A stretch of 64,000 bases of DNA, from contig CAXHJY010000598.1 in assembly GCA_964016885.1 (NCBI GenBank), positions 1 to 64,000 on the forward strand. The letters run 5' to 3'. Position 1 is the stretch's first letter; the number at the start of each line of letters is the position of its first letter. The translations under genes and the position numbers were made by a program. This stretch comes from Eledone cirrhosa. Its lineage: Eukaryota. A model generated the notes under the pieces. It saw only the letters and a program-made list of their open reading frames with translations, made no database searches and was not told the origin of the DNA. Below, piece by piece: positions 38,899 to 52,300 of this stretch.

Positions 38899-40714
38899 TT
38901 GTGGCTGTGGAACCAAACCGTGTTAAACGTCAACAAAGTCCGCCGGCGAATGGTGTGCTTCGAAGAAAACGAATCCAAAAATGACGATTTGCCGGCGGAG
39001 TTACCTTTTCAATCGCGGGCCGGCCGCCCGTGGTCGGATAGATCTGTAATTACTGGTACATGTGCAGACACTCATTGGCTATGTGCGGCGTGAATTTCAG
39101 CAAGATATCTCCGTAAAATCAATAGTTGTGGCTGTGGAACCAAACCGTGTTAAACGTCAACAAAGTCCGCCGGCGAATGGTGTGCTTCGAAGAAAACGAA
39201 TCCAAAAATGACGATTTGCCGGCGGAGTTACCTTTTCAATCGCGGGCCGGCCGCCCGTGGTCGGATCGATCTGTAATTACTGGTACATGTGCGGACACTC
39301 ATTGGCTATGTGCGGCGTGAATTTCAGCAAGATATCTCCGTAAAATCAATAGTTGTGGCTGTGGAACCAAACCGTGTTAAACGTCAACAAAGTCCGCCGG
39401 CGAATGGTGTGCTTCGAAGAAAACGAATCCAAAAATGACGATTTGCCGGCGGAGTTACCTTTTCAATCGCGGGCCGGCCGCCCGTGGTCAGATCGATCTG
39501 TAATTACTGGTACATGTGCAGACACTCATTGGCTATGTGTGGCGTGAATTTCAGCAAGATATCTCCGTAAATTCAATAGTTGTGGCTGTGGAACCAAACC
39601 GTGTTAAACGTCAACAAAGTCCGCCGGCGAATGGTGTGCTTCGAAGAAAACGAATCCAAAAATGACGATTTGCCGGCGGAGTTACCTTTTTAATCGCGGG
39701 CCGGCCGCCCGTGGTCGGATCGATCTGTAATTACTGGTACATGTGCAGACACTCATTGGCTATGTGTGGCGTGAATTTCAGCAAGATATCTCCGTAAAAT
39801 CAATAGTTGTGGCTGTGGAACCAAACCGTGTTAAACGTCAACAAAGTCCGCCGGCGAATGGTGTGCTTCGAAGAAAACGAATCCAAAAATGACGATTTGC
39901 CGGCGGAGTTACCTTTTCAATCGCGGGCCGGCCGCCCGTGGTCGGATAGATCTGTAATTACTGGTACATGTGCAGACACTCATTGGCTATGTGCGGCGTG
40001 AATTTCAGCAAGATATCTCCGTAAAATCAATAGTTGTGGCTGTGGAACCAAACCGTGTTAAACGTCAACAAAGTCCGCCGGCGAATGGTGTGCTTCGAAG
40101 AAAACGAATCCAAAAATGACGATTTGCCGGCGGAGTTACCTTTTCAATCGCGGGCCGGCCGCCCGTGGTCGGATCGATCTGTAATTACTGGTACATGTGC
40201 GGACACTCATTGGCTATGTGCGGCGTGAATTTCAGCAAGATATCTCCGTAAAATCAATAGTTGTGGCTGTGGAACCAAACCGTGTTAAACGTCAACAAAG
40301 TCCGCCGGCGAATGGTGTGCTTCGAAGAAAACGAATCCAAAAATGACGATTTGCCGGCGGAGTTACCTTTTCAATCGCGGGCCGGCCGCCCGTGGTCAGA
40401 TCGATCTGTAATTACTGGTACATGTGCAGACACTCATTGGCTATGTGTGGCGTGAATTTCAGCAAGATATCTCCGTAAATTCAATAGTTGTGGCTGTGGA
40501 ACCAAACCGTGTTAAACGTCAACAAAGTCCGCCGGCGAATGGTGTGCTTCGAAGAAAACGAATCCAAAAATGACGATTTGCCGGCGGAGTTACCTTTTTA
40601 ATCGCGGGCCGGCCGCCCGTGGTCGGATCGATCTGTAATTACTGGTACATGTGCAGACACTCATTGGCTATGTGTGGCGTGAATTTCAGCAAGATATCTC
40701 CGTAAAATCAATAG
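38899..40714. repeat. 4-monomer unit (908 bp) in tandem x2, allele order m223A, m22G, m219A, m74T, m193T; also at 48206-50021
   Basis: m22G (tgcggacac) at 39293/40201 and 48600/49508. ORF gaps at 39580/40488 and 48887/49795. Single copies of the same word occur near 32770 and 34813. Confidence 0.88.
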
Positions 40715-42984
40715 TTGTGGCTGTGGAACCAAACCGTGTTAAACGTCAACAATGTCCGCCGGCGAATGGTGTGCTTCGAAGAAAACGAATCCAAAAATGA
40801 CGATTTGCCGGCGGAGTTACATTTTCAATCGCGGGCCGGCCGCCCGTGGTCGGATCGATCTGTAATTACTGGTACATGTGCAGACACTCATTGGCTATGT
40901 GCGGCGTGAATTTCAGCAAGATATCTCCGTAAAATCAATAGTTGTGGCTGTGGAACCAAACCGTGTTAAACGTCAACAAAGTCCGCCGGCGAATGGTGTG
41001 CTTCGAAGAAAACGAATCCAAAAATGACGATTTGCCGGCGGAGTTACCTTTTCAATCGCGGGCCGGCCGCCCGTGGTCGGATCGATCTGTAATTACTGGT
41101 ACATGTGCAGACACTCATTGGCTATGTGCGGCGTGAATTTCAGCAAGATATCTCCGTAAAATCAATAGTTGTGGCTGTGGAACCAAACCGTGTTAAACGT
41201 CAACAAAGTCCGCCGGCGAATGGTGTGCTTCGAAGAAAACGAATCCAAAAATGACGATTTGCCGGCGGAGTTACCTTTTCAATCGCGGGCCGGCCGCCCG
41301 TGGTCGGATCGATCTGTAATTACTGGTACATGTGCAGACACTCATTGGCTATGTGCGGCGTGAATTTCAGCAAGATATCTCCGTAAAGTCAATAGTTGTG
41401 GCTGTGGAACCAAACCGTGTTAAACGTCAACAAAGTCCGCCGGCGAATGGTGTGCTTCGAAGAAAACGAATCCAAAAATGACGATTTGCCGGCGGAGTTA
41501 CCTTTTCAATCGCGGGCCGGCCGCCCGTGGTCGGATCGATCTGTAATTACTGGTACATGTGCAGACACTCATTGGCTATGTGCGGCGTGAATTTCAGCAA
41601 GATATCTCCGTAAAATCAATAGTTGTGGCTGTGGAACCAAACCGTGTTAAACGTCAACAAAGTCCGCCGGCGAATGGTGTGCTTCGAAGAAAACGAATCC
41701 AAAAATGACGATTTGCCGGCGGAGTTACCTTTTCAATCGCGGGCCGGCCGCCCGTGGTCGGATCGATCTGTAATTACTGGTACATGTGCAGACACTCATT
41801 GGCTATGTGTGGCGTGAATTTCAGCAAGATATCTCCGTAAATTCAATAGTTGTGGCTGTGGAACCAAACCGTGTTAAACGTCAACAAAGTCCGCCGGCGA
41901 ATGGTGTGCTTCGAAGAAAACGAATCCAAAAATGACGATTTGCCGGCGGAGTTACCTTTTTAATCGCGGGCCGGCCGCCCGTGGTCGGATCGATCTGTAA
42001 TTACTGGTACATGTGCAGACACTCATTGGCTATGTGTGGCGTGAATTTCAGCAAGATATCTCCGTAAAATCAATAGTTGTGGCTGTGGAACCAAACCGTG
42101 TTAAACGTCAACAAAGTCCGCCGGCGAATGGTGTGCTTCGAAGAAAACGAATCCAAAAATGACGATTTGCCGGCGGAGTTACCTTTTCAATCGCGGGCCG
42201 GCCGCCCGTGGTCAGATCGATCTGTAATTACTGGTACATGTGCAGACACTCATTGGCTATGTGCGGCGTGAATTTCAGCAAGATATCTCCGTAAAATCAA
42301 TAGTTGTGGCTGTGGAACCAAACCGTGTTAAACGTCAACAAAGTCCGCCGGCGAATGGTGTGCTTCGAAGAAAACGAATCCAAAAATGACGATTTGCCGG
42401 CGGAGTTACCTTTTCAATCGCGGGCCGGCCGCCCGTGGTCGGATCGATCTGTAATTACTGGTACATGTGCAGACACTCATTGGCTATGTGTGGCGTGAAT
42501 TTCAGCAAGATATCTCCGTCAATTCAATAGTTGTGGCTGTGGAACCAAACCGTGTTAAACGTCAACAAAGTCCGCCGGCGAATGGTGTGCTTCGAAGAAA
42601 ACGAATCCAAAAATGACGATTTGCCGGCGGAGTTACCTTTTTAATCGCGGGCCGGCCGCCCGTGGTCGGATCGATCTGTAATTACTGGTACATGTGCAGA
42701 CACTCATTGGCTATGTGTGGCGTGAATTTCAGCAAGATATCTCCGTAAAATCAATAGTTGTGGCTGTGGAACCAAACCGTGTTAAACGTCAACAAAGTCC
42801 GCCGGCGAATGGTGTGCTTCGAAGAAAACGAATCCAAAAATGACGATTTGCCGGCGGAGTTACCTTTTCAATCGCGGGCCGGCCGCCCGTGGTCGGATCG
42901 ATCTGTAATTACTGGTACATGTGCAGACACTCATTGGCTATGTGCGGCGTGAATTTCAGCAAGATATCTCCGTAAAATCAATAG

Positions 42985-45900
42985 TTGTGGCTGTGGAACC
43001 AAACCGTGTTAAACGTCAACAAAGTCCGCCGGCGAATGGTGTGCTTCGAAGAAAACGAATCCAAAAATGACGATTTGCCGGCGGAGTTACCTTTTCAATC
43101 GCGGGCCGGCCGCCCGTGGTCGGATCGATCTGTAATTACTGGTACATGTGCAGACACTCATTGGCTATGTGCGGCGTGAATTTCAGCAAGATATCTCCGT
43201 AAAATCAATAGTTGTGGCTGTGGAACCAAACCGTGTTAAACGTCAACAAAGTCCGCCGGCGAATGGTGTGCTTCGAAGAAAACGAATCCAAAAATGACGA
43301 TTTGCCGGCGGAGTTACCTTTTCAATCGCGGGCCGGCCGCCCGTGGTCGGATCGATCTGTAATTACTGGTACATGTGCAGACACTCATTGGCTATGTGCG
43401 GCGTGAATTTCAGCAAGATATCTCCGTAAAATCAATAGTTGTGGCTGTGGAACCAAACCGTGTTAAACGTCAACAAAGTCCGCCGGCGAATGGTGTGCTT
43501 CGAAGAAAACGAATCCAAAAATGACGATTTGCCGGCGGAGTTACCTTTTCAATCGCGGGCCGGCCGCCCGTGGTCGGATCGATCTGTAATTACTGGTACA
43601 TGTGCAGACACTCATTGGCTATGTGTGGCGTGAATTTCAGCAAGATATCTCCGTAAATTCAATAGTTGTGGCTGTGGAACCAAACCGTGTTAAACGTCAA
43701 CAAAGTCCGCCGGCGAATGGTGTGCTTCGAAGAAAACGAATCCAAAAATGACGATTTGCCGGCGGAGTTACCTTTTTAATTGCGGGCCGGCCGCCCGTGG
43801 TCGGATCGATCTGTAATTACTGGTGCATGTGCAGACACTCATTGGCTATGTGTGGCGTGAATTTCAGCAAGATATCTCCGTAAAATCAATAGTTGTGGCT
43901 GTGGAACCAAACCGTGTTAAACGTCAACAAAGTCCGCCGGCGAATGGTGTGCTTCGAAGAAAACGAATCCAAAAATGACGATTTGCCGGCGGAGTTACCT
44001 TTTCAATCGCGGGCCGGCCGCCCGTGGTCAGATCGATCTGTAATTACTGGTACATGTGCAGACACTCATTGGCTATGTGCGGCGTGAATTTCAGCAAGAT
44101 ATCTCCGTAAAATCAATAGTTGTGGCTGTGGAACCAAACCGTGTTAAACGTCAACAAAGTCCGCCGGCGAATGGTGTGCTTCGAAGAAAACGAATCCAAA
44201 AATGACGATTTGCCGGCGGAGTTACCTTTTCAATCGCGGGCCGGCCGCCCGTGGTCGGATCGATCTGTAATTACTGGTACATGTGCAGACACTCATTGGC
44301 TATGTGTGGCGTGAATTTCAGCAAGATATCTCCGTAAATTCAATAGTTGTGGCTGTGGAACCAAACCGTGTTAAACGTCAACAAAGTCCGCCGGCGAATG
44401 GTGTGCTTCGAAGAAAACGAATCCAAAAATGACGATTTGCCGGCGGAGTTACCTTTTTAATCGCGGGCCGGCCGCCCGTGGTCGGATCGATCTGTAATTA
44501 CTGGTACATGTGCAGACACTCATTGGCTATGTGTGGCGTGAATTTCAGCAAGATATCTCCGTAAAATCAATAGTTGTGGCTGTGGAACCAAACCGTGTTA
44601 AACGTCAACAAAGTCCGCCGGCGAATGGTGTGCTTCGAAGAAAACGAATCCAAAAATGACGATTTGCCGGCGGAGTTACCTTTTCAATCGCGGGCCGGCC
44701 GCCCGTGGTCGGATCGATCTGTAATTACTGGTACATGTGCAGACACTCATTGGCTATGTGCGGCGTGAATTTCAGCAAGATATCTCCGTAAAATCAATAG
44801 TTGTGGCTGTGGAACCAAACCGTGTTAAACGTCAACAAAGTCCGCCGGCGAATGGTGTGCTTCGAAGAAAACGAATCCAAAAATGACGATTTGCCGGCGG
44901 AGTTACCTTTTCAATCGCGGGCCGGCCGCCCGTGGTCGGATCGATCTGTAATTACTGGTACATGTGCAGACACTCATTGGCTATGTGCGGCGTGAATTTC
45001 AGCAAGATATCTCCGTAAAATCAATAGTTGTGGCTGTGGAACCAAACCGTGTTAAACGTCAACAAAGTCCGCCGGCGAATGGTGTGCTTCGAAGAAAACG
45101 AATCCAAAAATGACGATTTGCCGGCGGAGTTACCTTTTCAATCGCGGGCCGGCCGCCCGTGGTCGGATCGATCTGTAATTACTGGTACATGTGCAGACAC
45201 TCATTGGCTATGTGTGGCGTGAATTTCAGCAAGATATCTCCGTAAATTCAATAGTTGTGGCTGTGGAACCAAACCGTGTTAAACGTCAACAAAGTCCGCC
45301 GGCGAATGGTGTGCTTCGAAGAAAACGAATCCAAAAATGACGATTTGCCGGCGGAGTTACCTTTTTAATTGCGGGCCGGCCGCCCGTGGTCGGATCGATC
45401 TGTAATTACTGGTGCATGTGCAGACACTCATTGGCTATGTGTGGCGTGAATTTCAGCAAGATATCTCCGTAAAATCAATAGTTGTGGCTGTGGAACCAAA
45501 CCGTGTTAAACGTCAACAAAGTCCGCCGGCGAATGGTGTGCTTCGAAGAAAACGAATCCAAAAATGACGATTTGCCGGCGGAGTTACCTTTTCAATCGCG
45601 GGCCGGCCGCCCGTGGTCAGATCGATCTGTAATTACTGGTACATGTGCAGACACTCATTGGCTATGTGCGGCGTGAATTTCAGCAAGATATCTCCGTAAA
45701 ATCAATAGTTGTGGCTGTGGAACCAAACCGTGTTAAACGTCAACAAAGTCCGCCGGCGAATGGTGTGCTTCGAAGAAAACGAATCCAAAAATGACGATTT
45801 GCCGGCGGAGTTACCTTTTCAATCGCGGGCCGGCCGCCCGTGGTCGGATCGATCTGTAATTACTGGTACATGTGCAGACACTCATTGGCTATGTGTGGCG

Positions 45901-46390
45901 TGAATTTCAGCAAGATATCTCCGTAAATTCAATAGTTGTGGCTGTGGAACCAAACCGTGTTAAACGTCAACAAAGTCCGCCGGCGAATGGTGTGCTTCGA
46001 AGAAAACGAATCCAAAAATGACGATTTGCCGGCGGAGTTACCTTTTTAATCGCGGGCCGGCCGCCCGTGGTCGGATCGATCTGTAATTACTGGTACATGT
46101 GCAGACACTCATTGGCTATGTGTGGCGTGAATTTCAGCAAGATATCTCCGTAAAATCAATAGTTGTGGCTGTGGAACCAAACCGTGTTAAACGTCAACAA
46201 AGTCCGCCGGCGAATGGTGTGCTTCGAAGAAAACGAATCCAAAAATGACGATTTGCCGGCGGAGTTACCTTTTCAATCGCGGGCCGGCCGCCCGTGGTCG
46301 GATCGATCTGTAATTACTGGTACATGTGCAGACACTCATTGGCTATGTGCGGCGTGAATTTCAGCAAGATATCTCCGTAAAATCAATAGT
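42985..46390. repeat. Higher-order repeat: 7-monomer unit (1589 bp), 2 tandem copies
   Basis: Private linked alleles m197T at 43781/45370 and m14G at 43825/45414. ORF gaps at 43666/45255 and 44347/45936. Confidence 0.9.
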
Positions 46391-49300
46391 TGTGGCTGTG
46401 GAACCAAACCGTGTTAAACGTCAACAAAGTCCGCCGGCGAATGGTGTGCTTCGAAGAAAACGAATCCAAAAATGACGATTTGCCGGCGGAGTTACCTTTT
46501 CAATCGCGGGCCGGCCGCCCGTGGTCGGATCGATCTGTAATTACTGGTACATGTGCAGACACTCATTGGCTATGTGTGGCGTGAATTTCAGCAAGATATC
46601 TCCGTAAAATCAATAGTTGTGGCTGTGGAACCAAACCGTGTTAAACGTCAACAAAGTCCGCCGGCGAATGGTGTGCTTCGAAGAAAACGAATCCAAAAAT
46701 GACGATTTGCCGGCGGAGTTACCTTTTCAATCGCGGGCCGGCCGCCCGTGGTCGGATAGATCTGTAATTACTGGTACATGTGCAGACACTCATTGGCTAT
46801 GTGCGGCGTGAATTTCAGCAAGATATCTCCGTAAAATCAATAGTTGTGGCTGTGGAACCAAACCGTGTTAAACGTCAACAAAGTCCGCCGGCGAATGGTG
46901 TGCTTCGAAGAAAACGAATCCAAAAATGACGATTTGCCGGCGGAGTTACCTTTTCAATCGCGGGCCGGCCGCCCGTGGTCGGATCGATCTGTAATTACTG
47001 GTACATGTGCAGACACTCATTGGCTATGTGTGGCGTGAATTTCAGCAAGATATCTCCGTAAATTCAATAGTTGTGGCTGTGGAACCAAACCGTGTTAAAC
47101 GTCAACAAAGTCCGCCGGCGAATGGTGTGCTTCGAAGAAAACGAATCCAAAAATGACGATTTGCCGGCGGAGTTACCTTTTTAATCGCGGGCCGGCCGCC
47201 CGTGGTCGGATCGATCTGTAATTACTGGTACATGTGCAGACACTCATTGGCTATGTGCGGCGTGAATTTCAGCAAGATATCTCCGTAAAATCAATAGTTG
47301 TGGCTGTGGAACCAAACCGTGTTAAACGTCAACAAAGTCCGCCGGCGAATGGTGTGCTTCGAAGAAAACGAATCCAAAAATGACGATTTGCCGGCGGAGT
47401 TACCTTTTCAATCGCGGGCCGGCCGCCCGTGGTCGGATCGATCTGTAATTACTGGTACATGTGCAGACACTCATTGGCTATGTGTGGCGTGAATTTCAGC
47501 AAGATATCTCCGTGAATTCAATAGTTGTGGCTGTGGAACCAAACCGTGTTAAACGTCAACAAAGTCCGCCGGCGAATGGTGTGCTTCGAAGAAAACGAAT
47601 CCAAAAATGACGATTTGCCGGCGGAGTTACCTTTTCAATCGCGGACCGGCCGCCCGTGGTCGGATCGATCTGTAATTACTGGTACATGTGCAGACACTCA
47701 TTGGCTATGTGCGGCGTGAATTTCAGCAAGATATCTCCGTAAAATCAATAGTTGTGGCTGTGGAACCAAACCGTGTTAAACGTCAACAAAGTCCGCCGGC
47801 GAATGGTGTGCTTCGAAGAAAACGAATCCAAAAATGACGATTTGCCGGCGGAGTTACCTTTTCAATCGCGGGCCGGCCGCCCGTGGTCGGATCGATCTGT
47901 AATTACTGGTACATGTGCAGACACTCATTGGCTATGTGTGGCGTGAATTTCAGCAAGATATCTCCGTAAAATCAATAGTTGTGGCTGTGGAACCAAACCG
48001 TGTTAAACGTCAACAAAGTCCGCCGGCGAATGGTGTGCTTCGAAGAAAACGAATCCAAAAATGACGATTTGCCGGCGGAGTTACCTTTTCAATCGCGGGC
48101 CGGCCGCCCGTGGTCGGATCGATCTGTAATTACTGGTACATGTGCAGACACTCATTGGCTATGTGTGGCGTGAATTTCAGCAAGATATCTCCGTAAAATC
48201 AATAGTTGTGGCTGTGGAACCAAACCGTGTTAAACGTCAACAAAGTCCGCCGGCGAATGGTGTGCTTCGAAGAAAACGAATCCAAAAATGACGATTTGCC
48301 GGCGGAGTTACCTTTTCAATCGCGGGCCGGCCGCCCGTGGTCGGATAGATCTGTAATTACTGGTACATGTGCAGACACTCATTGGCTATGTGCGGCGTGA
48401 ATTTCAGCAAGATATCTCCGTAAAATCAATAGTTGTGGCTGTGGAACCAAACCGTGTTAAACGTCAACAAAGTCCGCCGGCGAATGGTGTGCTTCGAAGA
48501 AAACGAATCCAAAAATGACGATTTGCCGGCGGAGTTACCTTTTCAATCGCGGGCCGGCCGCCCGTGGTCGGATCGATCTGTAATTACTGGTACATGTGCG
48601 GACACTCATTGGCTATGTGCGGCGTGAATTTCAGCAAGATATCTCCGTAAAATCAATAGTTGTGGCTGTGGAACCAAACCGTGTTAAACGTCAACAAAGT
48701 CCGCCGGCGAATGGTGTGCTTCGAAGAAAACGAATCCAAAAATGACGATTTGCCGGCGGAGTTACCTTTTCAATCGCGGGCCGGCCGCCCGTGGTCAGAT
48801 CGATCTGTAATTACTGGTACATGTGCAGACACTCATTGGCTATGTGTGGCGTGAATTTCAGCAAGATATCTCCGTAAATTCAATAGTTGTGGCTGTGGAA
48901 CCAAACCGTGTTAAACGTCAACAAAGTCCGCCGGCGAATGGTGTGCTTCGAAGAAAACGAATCCAAAAATGACGATTTGCCGGCGGAGTTACCTTTTTAA
49001 TCGCGGGCCGGCCGCCCGTGGTCGGATCGATCTGTAATTACTGGTACATGTGCAGACACTCATTGGCTATGTGTGGCGTGAATTTCAGCAAGATATCTCC
49101 GTAAAATCAATAGTTGTGGCTGTGGAACCAAACCGTGTTAAACGTCAACAAAGTCCGCCGGCGAATGGTGTGCTTCGAAGAAAACGAATCCAAAAATGAC
49201 GATTTGCCGGCGGAGTTACCTTTTCAATCGCGGGCCGGCCGCCCGTGGTCGGATAGATCTGTAATTACTGGTACATGTGCAGACACTCATTGGCTATGTG

Positions 49301-52300
49301 CGGCGTGAATTTCAGCAAGATATCTCCGTAAAATCAATAGTTGTGGCTGTGGAACCAAACCGTGTTAAACGTCAACAAAGTCCGCCGGCGAATGGTGTGC
49401 TTCGAAGAAAACGAATCCAAAAATGACGATTTGCCGGCGGAGTTACCTTTTCAATCGCGGGCCGGCCGCCCGTGGTCGGATCGATCTGTAATTACTGGTA
49501 CATGTGCGGACACTCATTGGCTATGTGCGGCGTGAATTTCAGCAAGATATCTCCGTAAAATCAATAGTTGTGGCTGTGGAACCAAACCGTGTTAAACGTC
49601 AACAAAGTCCGCCGGCGAATGGTGTGCTTCGAAGAAAACGAATCCAAAAATGACGATTTGCCGGCGGAGTTACCTTTTCAATCGCGGGCCGGCCGCCCGT
49701 GGTCAGATCGATCTGTAATTACTGGTACATGTGCAGACACTCATTGGCTATGTGTGGCGTGAATTTCAGCAAGATATCTCCGTAAATTCAATAGTTGTGG
49801 CTGTGGAACCAAACCGTGTTAAACGTCAACAAAGTCCGCCGGCGAATGGTGTGCTTCGAAGAAAACGAATCCAAAAATGACGATTTGCCGGCGGAGTTAC
49901 CTTTTTAATCGCGGGCCGGCCGCCCGTGGTCGGATCGATCTGTAATTACTGGTACATGTGCAGACACTCATTGGCTATGTGTGGCGTGAATTTCAGCAAG
50001 ATATCTCCGTAAAATCAATAGTTGTGGCTGTGGAACCAAACCGTGTTAAACGTCAACAATGTCCGCCGGCGAATGGTGTGCTTCGAAGAAAACGAATCCA
50101 AAAATGACGATTTGCCGGCGGAGTTACATTTTCAATCGCGGGCCGGCCGCCCGTGGTCGGATCGATCTGTAATTACTGGTACATGTGCAGACACTCATTG
50201 GCTATGTGCGGCGTGAATTTCAGCAAGATATCTCCGTAAAATCAATAGTTGTGGCTGTGGAACCAAACCGTGTTAAACGTCAACAAAGTCCGCCGGCGAA
50301 TGGTGTGCTTCGAAGAAAACGAATCCAAAAATGACGATTTGCCGGCGGAGTTACCTTTTCAATCGCGGGCCGGCCGCCCGTGGTCGGATCGATCTGTAAT
50401 TACTGGTACATGTGCAGACACTCATTGGCTATGTGCGGCGTGAATTTCAGCAAGATATCTCCGTAAAATCAATAGTTGTGGCTGTGGAACCAAACCGTGT
50501 TAAACGTCAACAAAGTCCGCCGGCGAATGGTGTGCTTCGAAGAAAACGAATCCAAAAATGACGATTTGCCGGCGGAGTTACCTTTTCAATCGCGGGCCGG
50601 CCGCCCGTGGTCGGATCGATCTGTAATTACTGGTACATGTGCAGACACTCATTGGCTATGTGCGGCGTGAATTTCAGCAAGATATCTCCGTAAAGTCAAT
50701 AGTTGTGGCTGTGGAACCAAACCGTGTTAAACGTCAACAAAGTCCGCCGGCGAATGGTGTGCTTCGAAGAAAACGAATCCAAAAATGACGATTTGCCGGC
50801 GGAGTTACCTTTTCAATCGCGGGCCGGCCGCCCGTGGTCGGATCGATCTGTAATTACTGGTACATGTGCAGACACTCATTGGCTATGTGCGGCGTGAATT
50901 TCAGCAAGATATCTCCGTAAAATCAATAGTTGTGGCTGTGGAACCAAACCGTGTTAAACGTCAACAAAGTCCGCCGGCGAATGGTGTGCTTCGAAGAAAA
51001 CGAATCCAAAAATGACGATTTGCCGGCGGAGTTACCTTTTCAATCGCGGGCCGGCCGCCCGTGGTCGGATCGATCTGTAATTACTGGTACATGTGCAGAC
51101 ACTCATTGGCTATGTGTGGCGTGAATTTCAGCAAGATATCTCCGTAAATTCAATAGTTGTGGCTGTGGAACCAAACCGTGTTAAACGTCAACAAAGTCCG
51201 CCGGCGAATGGTGTGCTTCGAAGAAAACGAATCCAAAAATGACGATTTGCCGGCGGAGTTACCTTTTTAATCGCGGGCCGGCCGCCCGTGGTCGGATCGA
51301 TCTGTAATTACTGGTACATGTGCAGACACTCATTGGCTATGTGTGGCGTGAATTTCAGCAAGATATCTCCGTAAAATCAATAGTTGTGGCTGTGGAACCA
51401 AACCGTGTTAAACGTCAACAATGTCCGCCGGCGAATGGTGTGCTTCGAAGAAAACGAATCCAAAAATGACGATTTGCCGGCGGAGTTACCTTTTCAATCG
51501 CGGGCCGGCCGCCCGTGGTCGGATCGATCTGTAATTACTGGTACATGTGCAGACACTCATTGGCTATGTGCGGCGTGAATTTCAGCAAGATATCTCCGTA
51601 AAATCAATAGTTGTGGCTGTGGAACCAAACCGTGTTAAACGTCAACAAAGTCCGCCGGCGAATGGTGTGCTTCGAAGAAAACGAATCCAAAAATGACGAT
51701 TTGCCGGCGGAGTTACCTTTTCAATCGCGGGCCGGCCGCCCGTGGTCGGATCGATCTGTAATTACTGGTACATGTGCAGACACTCATTGGCTATGTGTGG
51801 CGTGAATTTCAGCAAGATATCTCCGTAAAATCAATAGTTGTGGCTGTGGAACCAAACCGTGTTAAACGTCAACAAAGTCCGCCGGCGAATGGTGTGCTTC
51901 GAAGAAAACGAATCCAAAAATGACGATTTGCCGGCGGAGTTACCTTTTCAATCGCGGGCCGGCCGCCCGTGGTCGGATCGATCTGTAATTACTGGTACAT
52001 GTGCAGACACTCATTGGCTATGTGTGGCGTGAATTTCAGCAAGATATCTCCGTAAAATCAATAGTTGTGGCTGTGGAACCAAACCGTGTTAAACGTCAAC
52101 AAAGTCCGCCGGCGAATGGTGTGCTTCGAAGAAAACGAATCCAAAAATGACGATTTGCCGGCGGAGTTACCTTTTCAATCGCGGGCCGGCCGCCCGTGGT
52201 CGGATAGATCTGTAATTACTGGTACATGTGCAGACACTCATTGGCTATGTGCGGCGTGAATTTCAGCAAGATATCTCCGTAAAATCAATAGTTGTGGCTG

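Larger units (their letters stand above)
37985..51421. repeat. Block duplication with 41-monomer offset (9307 bp): about 37985-42114 repeated at about 47292-51421
   Basis: Private alleles m188A at 40821/50128 and m74G at 41388/50695. EcoRI allele at 38207/47514. The allele order is the same over about 18 monomers. Confidence 0.93.
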
